Origin: Ignicoccus hospitalis KIN4/I
Lineage (GTDB): Archaea; Thermoproteota; Thermoprotei_A; Sulfolobales; Ignicoccaceae
Length of the DNA: 32,000 bases
NCBI RefSeq assembly: GCF_000017945.1
Contig: NC_009776.1
Location: forward strand, 360,001-392,000
Direction of reading: 5' to 3'
Of this stretch, positions 26,266 to 32,000 are shown one piece after another; positions within the stretch are counted from its first letter, which is position 1, and every line of letters begins with the position of its first letter. A program made the position numbers and the translations under genes. The notes below the pieces were generated by a model. That model saw only the letters and a program-made list of their open reading frames with translations. It had not been told where the DNA came from and did no database searches.

Positions 26266-26507
26266 GGAAAGCAATCGCCTCCCCCGGGGGCTCGATAGGC
26301 TTCGCGTCCGGCAGCTGCGGCTACGTAGTGGACGAGAGTGGGGTCTTCCAAGGCGTGGATTGCGGAAACGAGATGATGGACGTTAGCCAAGCGAACGGGC
26401 TCTTCGCCTTCTTGGACGGGGAGGGAAGGTCTACCTCCTCTACGACGACAGCGTGTGGAAGAGGTTGGATGTCGGGGAGGAGTACTCCAAGGCCTTGGCC
26501 CTCTTGA
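26262..26507 (+). CDS. N-terminal fragment of a second propeller (2a) paralogous to 25255-26265
   Basis: KAIASPGGSIGFASGSCGYVVDESGVFQGVDCG aligns with propeller 1 DMAFSPNGNLGIASKDRCAYILDPNGNLLGKECG; homology is lost after FAFLDGEG at about 26428. Confidence 0.5.
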   Translation: MRKAIASPGGSIGFASGSCGYVVDESGVFQGVDCGNEMMDVSQANGLFAFLDGEGRSTSSTTTACGRGWMSGRSTPRPWPS

Positions 26508-27235
26508 ATGAAGGCTTGATCTCTTGCGGCGAGCTGTGCGGGAAGTTCGACTTAGACGGGAACGGCTTGTGGAGCTTTGAACTGGGCGGGGAGGCGGCCG
26601 GGGTGGTCGTAAACAAGGACTTCGCCTTCGTCTTGGATAAGGAGAACAAGAGGCTCTTGGTAGTTGACTTGGACTCCGGGAGGGCAGTTAGGGAGAGGAA
26701 GTACCTCCGAGAGCCCTTAGCAATAGCCTCGTGCGGCAAGTACTTGGCAGTGGCGACTTCAAACAAACTCTTCTTGTACGACGTGGGCGACAGGAGGAGG
26801 CAGAGGGCCCTCTCGCAAGCGAGGCTCGAGCTGGGAACGCCCTCGCTCGCGTTCTCCCCGGACTGCAAGCGGCTCGCGGTCTTGGGCGGGGGGAGACTTC
26901 GCCTCTTGGACTTGAACGGCGAAGTCTTGTGCGAGGCCCCCTTGCCCCGGGCCTCCTCGGTCGCTTGGTGGAGGGACGAACTGATAATAGGGTTCGAGGA
27001 CGGGAGGTTGGCCGCTTACGAGCTCGAGGGCTACAAGCCGACGGTGAAGGTAGTGAAGGAGAGGTCCGTCGATCTCCCGGTCTTGAAATTCTTCCCAATG
27101 GAGGTCAAAGGGAAGGTCTTTGAGGCCGAACTGAAGCTGGTGCCGGAGCCCCTCTCCGGGAGGTGGAGCTGCTCCAAGGTGGGCGAGGGGACCAAGCGGT
27201 CATTTACAAGTGCTGGAGGGACGAGGAAACCATAG
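26453..27235 (+). CDS. Remainder of the second propeller (2b), in the -1 frame relative to 2a
   Basis: ALLNEGLISCGELCGKFDLDGNGLWSFELGGEAAGVVVNKDFAFVL aligns with propeller 1 ALFDNGFVACDDYCAKYDFNGNKLWDTEVDGVADVVVHKGYVYAA; LAFSPDCKRLAVL aligns with PAFSPDCKYIAVA; VAWWRDELIIGF aligns with VAWWKDRLAVGY. Confidence 0.6.
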   Translation: MWKRLDVGEEYSKALALLNEGLISCGELCGKFDLDGNGLWSFELGGEAAGVVVNKDFAFVLDKENKRLLVVDLDSGRAVRERKYLREPLAIASCGKYLAVATSNKLFLYDVGDRRRQRALSQARLELGTPSLAFSPDCKRLAVLGGGRLRLLDLNGEVLCEAPLPRASSVAWWRDELIIGFEDGRLAAYELEGYKPTVKVVKERSVDLPVLKFFPMEVKGKVFEAELKLVPEPLSGRWSCSKVGEGTKRSFTSAGGTRKP

Positions 27236-27951
27236 CCTTGAGGGTTGCGAAGGGCTTCGTGGAGGTCCTCGTGGGGGAGGCGCCAACCGTAACGCCCTCG
27301 CAGTTCTCGAGCTTCTTAAAGGAGGTGTCGAGGCAAGCGCTCCTCAAGCACCCTTACTTGCTGGAGGTGAAGGGCTACTCTGAGGAGTACCCCTTGGTGG
27401 CCTACGAGTTCGCGGACGGGGGGAGCCTGGAGTACCAGCTCGCCCGGGGGTGGGAGCCATTGCCGGAGGAGGCCTTGGCGGTTGGAATAAGGGTCGGGGA
27501 GGCGCTGGAGTACCTCCACTCCCGCGGCTTCGTGCACGGGGACGTAAAGCCCTCAAACGTGTTCGCCTTCACGAAGGGAATAGTTAAGCTTGGGGACTTG
27601 CAGAGCTTGAAGAAGGCGATGGCGAGGACCACGGGGAAGCTCTACTTCACCCCGGGCTTCGCCGCCCCGGAGCAGTACTTCTTGGACTTGAGGGAGCCGG
27701 GGGAGGAGGAGAAGGTAGACTCCTACCAGCTAGCCAACTTGGTGCTTTACTTGCTCAAGAGGGAGAGCGTGGACGGGGAAGAGCTGGCCTCGGGGAACGC
27801 GGACTTGGAGGAGGCCTTGGGAGGGCTAGGGGAGCTGGGGGAGGTATTGAAGAGGGGGCTCAAGGTTAGGCCCTCCGAGAGGGCGAGCGTAGGGGAGCTG
27901 GTGGAGGAGTTCAAGGCCCTCTTGGAGAAGCTCGGGGGAGGCGAGGGGTGA
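27163..27951 (+). CDS. Eukaryotic-like Ser/Thr protein kinase domain protein, with Arg in place of the canonical beta3 Lys
   Basis: G-loop-like GGRGDQAVIYKC; TIALRVAKG (VAIK position); FLKEVSRQALLKHPYLLEVKGY; VHGDVKPSNVF catalytic loop; VKLGDLQS (DFG position); GFAAPEQYF (APE motif). Confidence 0.78.
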   Translation: MELLQGGRGDQAVIYKCWRDEETIALRVAKGFVEVLVGEAPTVTPSQFSSFLKEVSRQALLKHPYLLEVKGYSEEYPLVAYEFADGGSLEYQLARGWEPLPEEALAVGIRVGEALEYLHSRGFVHGDVKPSNVFAFTKGIVKLGDLQSLKKAMARTTGKLYFTPGFAAPEQYFLDLREPGEEEKVDSYQLANLVLYLLKRESVDGEELASGNADLEEALGGLGELGEVLKRGLKVRPSERASVGELVEEFKALLEKLGGGEG

Positions 27952-28034
27952 AAGGCTTCTACGCTCAGCGCGCCACAGTAAGGTCGGCGGCCCTCAACGG
28001 GCTTAACGGCCGAAGCGCCTTGGAAGTCCTAGCC

Positions 28035-28694
28035 TCACCTCTTAGCCAGCGCCTCCACCACCTTGCCCAGCATGTCAGCCACCAACTTCATCTGGGAGTT
28101 CAGCCCCGCCATCCCCGCCTTCAGTTCGTCCATCGACTGCTCTATGTCGTCCATCCTCTTGCTGAGCTCTTCTTTCAGTTCATCTATCCTTTTGTTCAAC
28201 CTCCCTTCCATGAGCTTCATCTCTTCCCACAACTGGTCGATCTTCCTATTGGTCTCATCGATCCTATTGTTCAACTCGTTCCTGACGTCCTCGATCTTCC
28301 TATTGAGCTCCTCCTTAACCTCGTCGATCCTTTTGTTAGTTTCGTCTATCCTACTGTTCAACCTCTTCTCTACCTCATCTATTCTCTTGTCCAGCCTCTT
28401 CTCAACTTCCCTCAACTCCACTCTGTTGAGCTCTATTTGTTTGGACAGTACCTCGTAGCTCACCTTGGTTTGGTTCAGGACCATGAAGAGCAGGATGAAG
28501 TTCGCTTCGGAATCCGTAATTGGCTTGCCCGCCCTGAGCTTGTCGAGTATTTCTGCGAACTTCTGGGAAGCGTACTGGAAGGCCAAGTCCAGCAGTTGAT
28601 CGGGAAGGGACACGGCCCTTACCCTCCTAGCTTTGTCCGCAATTGTTATAAATAAGTTCAATTCTCTCCGGTCTGTCACAGTCGGCACTTGCAT
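28035..28694 (-). CDS. Coiled-coil protein of unknown function
   Basis: 219 aa with a globular N-terminus, then long heptad-like repeats (VEKRLDKRIDEVEKRLNSRIDETNKRIDEVKEELNRKIEDV...). Confidence 0.7.
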   Translation of the reverse strand: MQVPTVTDRRELNLFITIADKARRVRAVSLPDQLLDLAFQYASQKFAEILDKLRAGKPITDSEANFILLFMVLNQTKVSYEVLSKQIELNRVELREVEKRLDKRIDEVEKRLNSRIDETNKRIDEVKEELNRKIEDVRNELNNRIDETNRKIDQLWEEMKLMEGRLNKRIDELKEELSKRMDDIEQSMDELKAGMAGLNSQMKLVADMLGKVVEALAKR

Positions 28695-28732
28695 TCAAAT
28701 AGTAACCCCATCGGGACGGCGGAGTTCTTCAG

Positions 28733-28893
28733 CTTTCCGCCCTCTCCTGAGACTCCACTTGCTGAAACTAGCTTTAAAGGGGAAAGAGATAACAATAACC
28801 TTTCTATCCTCTTTTGAGACTCCACTGAACACGAGAAATGCTTAATCGACAATTCGCTTAAGATCATCTTTCTATCCTCTTTTGAGACTCCAC
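28733..28893 (-). CRISPR. Minimal CRISPR array: three 26-nt repeats, two spacers (41 and 42 nt)
   Basis: Plus-strand CTTTCTATCCTCTTTTGAGACTCCAC exact at 28800-28825 and 28868-28893; degenerate copy CTTTCCGCCCTCTCCTGAGACTCCAC at 28733-28758 (5 mismatches). The minus-strand repeat GTGGAGTCTCAAAAGAGGATAGAAAG ends in GAAAG, as crenarchaeal repeats do. Spacers 28759-28799 and 28826-28867. Confidence 0.82.
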
Positions 28894-29319
28894 CGAGCCC
28901 TTCCATATAAAGCCCCAAGGTCTTTCCCTTAAAAGAATTGCGTTCTGCTGTGAATTTACAATTCCTCTGATTTTTCCCTTTATTTGAGAAATTTTTCCTC
29001 TGCCCTTCCCTCCACGATCTTCAGCGTTCCCATGAAAAGATATAAGGGGTTTGAGAGAGTGAATAGTAATGGTGCGCTTTCGAATATAGGATGTTCCCAT
29101 GTGGGCAAAGATGAAAAGGAAATGAGTAAATACAAAGGTTTGGTGATTTGTAATACTTAGGTATCAAAGAAAAAGCAACCCAAGGAAGCCTCGGCCCGAA
29201 GGGGCGCTCCGGAAGGGTGGCCAAGGCTAACGAAAGGGAAAGTGTGGACGGGGCAATCGCGATCAAAACCTCAACAGCCCACAGCGCTCTCCAGCTCGGA
29301 AGGAACGACGAGGGGTGGA

Positions 29320-29420
29320 GCCGCCGGCGGGATTTGAACCCGCGACCACCGGCTCTCCGGCCGGTACTCCCAGAGGTACCGGATACAAGGCCGGCGCTCT
29401 GCCAGCTGAGCTACGGCGGC
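29320..29420 (-). tRNA. tRNA-Thr(TGT) with a 29-nt intron after position 37 (29355-29383); encoded CCA at 29316-29318
   Basis: GCCGCCG...CGGCGGC acceptor pairing; TAGCTCAGCTGGCAGAGC D-arm; CCGGC-CTTGTA/A-GCCGG anticodon arm after intron removal; GCGGGTTCAAATCCCGC T-arm; U discriminator then CCA. Confidence 0.93.
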
Positions 29421-29443
29421 CCTGAGAGGCGACAAAAGGGGGT

Positions 29444-29971
29444 TTATGAGCCGCCCTCCGCGAACTCCCGGGCCGCCCTCAAGAGCTCCTCGTACGCCTT
29501 TTCGCCGTAGGCGTAGAGCCACACTTCCATGCCCTCGCAGCTCTCCTTTATTGCCTTCAACATCTCCTTAGCGGCCGTCCCCACGCTCAGCCCTCCCACC
29601 CCGGCGCCCATCATTGGGAATGCCACCTTCTTCAGGCCCAGCTCCTTCGCGACCTTCAGGGCGGCCTTGGTAGCTAAGTAAGCGTTCTCCGGGGGCACCC
29701 TCATCGCGGGCCTCTCCATAGTCGGGGCGTGGATGACGTACTTCACCTTGAGCTTGCCCGCCGAGGTGGCGATCGCCTCCCCCACCGGCACCGGGGCCTT
29801 CTCGACGGCTTCCCTCTCTATCTCTTCTCCGCCCTTCCTCTTTATCGCGCCCGCCACTCCCCCTCCCATGATCATCAAGCTGTTGGCCGCGTTAACTATC
29901 GCGTTCCCCTCGAACTCCGTTATGTCCCCTTCGGTCAACACCACCTCGCAAGAGCCCACCTTGAGCCTCAA
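29444..29971 (-). CDS. Macro-domain (ADP-ribose-binding) protein
   Basis: GDITEFEGNAIVNAANSLMIMGGGVAGAIKRKGG; AIATSAGKLKVKYVIHAPTM; KVAFPMMGAGVGGLSVGTAAKEML. Confidence 0.9.
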   Translation of the reverse strand: MRLKVGSCEVVLTEGDITEFEGNAIVNAANSLMIMGGGVAGAIKRKGGEEIEREAVEKAPVPVGEAIATSAGKLKVKYVIHAPTMERPAMRVPPENAYLATKAALKVAKELGLKKVAFPMMGAGVGGLSVGTAAKEMLKAIKESCEGMEVWLYAYGEKAYEELLRAAREFAEGGS

Positions 29972-30006
29972 CGCAAGTCCCCGGGGGCTTAAGGGGCCGG
30001 AGGTTT

Positions 30007-30714
30007 TTGGAGGGGGAGCGCGGCTTGATAGAGAGGCTCTCGGCTATCGCCTTGCTGCTCCTCACCGCCCACGCGCTGTGGGTCCACGCGTCCGCGGGGG
30101 AGGTGGAGCCCTTAGAGGTGGTCGCGCTGGAGGCCTTGTGGGCGCCCGTACTCCTCCGGGCCCCGTGCGACAAGAGGGCGCTGTTGGTGGTGTTCGCTGG
30201 CTTCAGCGGCTACTTCTTGCCGAGGCTGATCCCTTACGACGCGTTCTTGAAGCTCGCGATAACAGACGTGATCTTCAATAACTACGTCCTAAGGCCTTTG
30301 GGCGTCGAAATGAAGGTTACTAACGGGGAAATTGTGATATTCTACGACCAGAGGCCCTACGCCGTGTACGCGGTGGGGTGCTCCTCCCTCCGCTCCGGCG
30401 CCTTCTTGGCGCTCATGCCCCTAGCGGCCAGGGGGAGCTTGGGGAGGAGGCTCTTGGCCGCGGCTCTGGGCTACTTACTGAGCTACCCCTTCAACGCCCT
30501 GAGGGTGGCGGCCATAGTGGTGGCCGGCGAGGCCTTGGGGGCTGACCCCTTCTTGGCCCACTTGTTAGTGAGCCCCTTGGCCTCCGTGCTAATAGCTACC
30601 CTAATCATGGTGGTTCAAGAGCTCGTCTTACCGGGCTACTTGGAGGAGGTCTCGGAGGGGGTGGAGTGCTTGCTCAAGCTGGCCAAGCCTTGGTGGCGGA
30701 GTAGGAGTACCTAA
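30007..30714 (+). CDS. Archaeosortase/exosortase-like transmembrane cysteine transpeptidase candidate
   Basis: Multi-pass protein with YAVGCSSLRSGAFLALMPLA (Cys), YPFNALRVAAIVVAG (N-x-x-R) and LAHLLVSPLAS (His), in exosortase-family order. Confidence 0.72.
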   Translation: MEGERGLIERLSAIALLLLTAHALWVHASAGEVEPLEVVALEALWAPVLLRAPCDKRALLVVFAGFSGYFLPRLIPYDAFLKLAITDVIFNNYVLRPLGVEMKVTNGEIVIFYDQRPYAVYAVGCSSLRSGAFLALMPLAARGSLGRRLLAAALGYLLSYPFNALRVAAIVVAGEALGADPFLAHLLVSPLASVLIATLIMVVQELVLPGYLEEVSEGVECLLKLAKPWWRSRST

Positions 30715-31771
30715 TTCCGAGCCCGACCACTATGCCTATCAAGTTCGAGATCAAGTAGTGCACCCCCGCGTAGGTCAAGCCTAGGAGGAAGGCGAGCTGC
30801 GCCGCTGCGCCCAAGACGCTGGCCGCCTCGTAGTGGAGGAACCTCTTCACGACGGATCCCTTCCTCCTGTCCTTGAACGTCACCCTCTCGTGCAACAAGA
30901 AGTTGTAAACCACGGAGGCCTCGAAGCCCGCGAGGCCCGCAGCGGCCAAGCCTAAGGCGCCCAGGGACTTGGCGCCCAAGAGCTCGTAGACCGCGTAGAG
31001 CGCGCCCTCGTTCACCACTATCCCGCTCGCGCCCACGGCGGCGAACGTTAGCATCCTATTGAGCTCGCCGGTCTCCTTCGCCAGCTTCATCAAGTGTATC
31101 AAGTATTCGAGCATAACCCTCCCCCCGAGCTTGGACTCGCCTGCCAACCTCTTGCCGAAGACGTAGGGGACCTCGCAGACCTTCTCGAAGCTCCCCTTCG
31201 CGAGCAGCTCTAGGAGTATCTTGTACCCGAGGGGGTTGAGGGGGAGCTTGGCCCTCTCCACAACTTCCCTCTTGAGCGCGAAGAACCCACTCATGGGGTC
31301 GGTGGTGTACTTAGTGGCCGGCACTAACAGCTTCGCCAAGATGGTAGCGCCCTTACTTATGACCTTCCTAACGAAGTTCCACTCCTCTATCCTGCCCTCC
31401 TTCGAGTACCTAGAGGCTATCACTAAGTCGCAGTCCTCCTTCAGCCTCTTCACGAGCTCGGGCACCACCTCCGGGGGGTGCTGTAGGTCCGCGTCCATGA
31501 CTACGAAGTACTTCCCCTCCGCCACCTCGAAGCCCTTCATTACCGCGCTCGCCAGCCCCCTCTCGTCCTTCCTAACGACAACCTTTACCTTTCCGTGCTC
31601 CAGCTTCAAGTTCCTAGCGACCTCGGCCGTGCCGTCCGGAGAGTTGTCGTCAACCACGACGAGCTCATAGCTTATCCCGGCCTTACCCATGGCCTTGTCC
31701 AACCTCTTCGCCAATACTGGCAAGTTCTCCCTCTCGTTGTACGTCGGCACAATTACCGAGACGTCCACCAA
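30674..31771 (-). CDS. DPM1-like polyprenyl-phosphate glycosyltransferase (GT2) fused to a GtrA-like membrane domain
   Basis: VSVIVPTYNERENLPVLAKRL; VVVDDNSPDGTAE; VVMDADLQHPPEVVPEL; DPMSGFFALKRE; NPLGYKILLELL; C-terminal GtrA-type 4-TM region (FAAVGASGIVVNEGALYAVYELLG...). Confidence 0.88.
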   Translation of the reverse strand: MVDVSVIVPTYNERENLPVLAKRLDKAMGKAGISYELVVVDDNSPDGTAEVARNLKLEHGKVKVVVRKDERGLASAVMKGFEVAEGKYFVVMDADLQHPPEVVPELVKRLKEDCDLVIASRYSKEGRIEEWNFVRKVISKGATILAKLLVPATKYTTDPMSGFFALKREVVERAKLPLNPLGYKILLELLAKGSFEKVCEVPYVFGKRLAGESKLGGRVMLEYLIHLMKLAKETGELNRMLTFAAVGASGIVVNEGALYAVYELLGAKSLGALGLAAAGLAGFEASVVYNFLLHERVTFKDRRKGSVVKRFLHYEAASVLGAAAQLAFLLGLTYAGVHYLISNLIGIVVGLGIRYSYSATKAWPA

Positions 31772-31777
31772 CCCCGG

Positions 31778-32000
31778 TCATCCGAGCACCGAGAAGAGGC
31801 CGTGCCTTAAGTTCCTGTACAGCGACAAGGCCCACACGACCACGGCCGTAACGCTCTCGTAGGCCAAGTTAGAGTCGTAGAACACCGGCCACCCCCCGTC
31901 GCTCAGCTGGGCCTCCAACAGAGTTAGGACGGACTTCTCCACGGCCTCCCTAACTATCGGGTTCTTGAGGCCCGCGGCCGCCAGGAGGCCCAGAACCCCC
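31778..32000 (-). CDS. Partial ORF with a terpene-cyclase/prenyltransferase toroid-like GGW motif (5' end beyond the window)
   Basis: Translated by hand: GVLGLLAAAGLKNPIVREAVEKSVLTLLEAQLSDGGWPVFYDSNLAYESVTAVVVWALSLYRNLRHGLFSVLG*; QLSDGGWP. Confidence 0.45.
   Translation of the reverse strand, partial: GVLGLLAAAGLKNPIVREAVEKSVLTLLEAQLSDGGWPVFYDSNLAYESVTAVVVWALSLYRNLRHGLFSVLG

Noticed and set aside
26428-26445. Classical X-XXY-YYZ -1 slippery heptamer at the propeller 2a/2b break
   Set aside because: The local sequence GAG GGA AGG TCT allows only a weak G-GGA-AGG slip and no strong heptamer or obvious downstream stem was identified, so programmed frameshifting is only a hypothesis alongside mutation or sequencing error.
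27948-28655. 235-aa plus-strand ORF with GTGA coupling to the kinase stop
   Set aside because: From 28035 onward it is exactly antisense to the convincing coiled-coil gene, and its Leu/Val/His/Gln-rich composition mirrors the heptad repeats. Only the first ~28 codons could be independent.
28676-29100. Minus-strand ORFs 28676..28918 and 28864..29100 sharing VESQKRIER
   Set aside because: The shared peptide is simply translation of the CRISPR repeat; these frames cross the array and are not genes.
29041-29200. Possible C/D box sRNA in the AT-rich tract
   Set aside because: No clear C box (RTGATGA) and D box (CTGA) pair with proper spacing could be found by eye.
1-32000. Insertion sequence or prophage genes
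   Set aside because: No transposase, integrase, terminase or capsid-like ORF was recognised; the 24.4-29 kb region looks accessory but lacks a direct mobility gene.

Overview
This window is dense archaeal chromosome. A full-length reverse gyrase, Alba, NMD3-like, Elf1-like and both archaeal ether-lipid prenyltransferases point to a hyperthermophilic crenarchaeon (Desulfurococcales; Ignicoccus-like is my inference and untested). Most genes are housekeeping or metabolic: GltB-type glutamate synthase, HypD, cupin glucose-6-phosphate isomerase, DGGGP synthase, Alba, reverse gyrase, HdrB-like, RibB, AIR-synthase-like, GGGP synthase, Elf1, SWIM protein, RpiA and TrpA. Less ordinary content: (1) a plus-strand island at about 24.4-27.95 kb with two tandem paralogous Cys-containing beta-propeller segments followed by a eukaryotic-like protein kinase. 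It is spread over successive ORFs, each offset by -1 from the previous one, and at two junctions propeller homology extends upstream of the ORF start. (2) A minimal 3-repeat/2-spacer CRISPR array at 28733-28893 with no cas genes nearby; it is not in the ORF track. (3) An intron-containing tRNA-Thr(TGT) on the minus strand at 29320-29420. (4) An archaeosortase/exosortase-like membrane protein next to a DPM1-GtrA glycosyltransferase and a macro-domain protein. (5) A Cys-rich heparinase II/III-like protein. (6) A perfect 12-bp palindromic TATA element between hdrB-like and ribB-like genes, a GC-rich 17-bp hairpin at 14748-14798, a repeat-bounded intergenic element at 24247-24378, and a small zinc-ribbon ORF below the ORF-track length cutoff. 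All calls come from reading the sequence; no database search was run.
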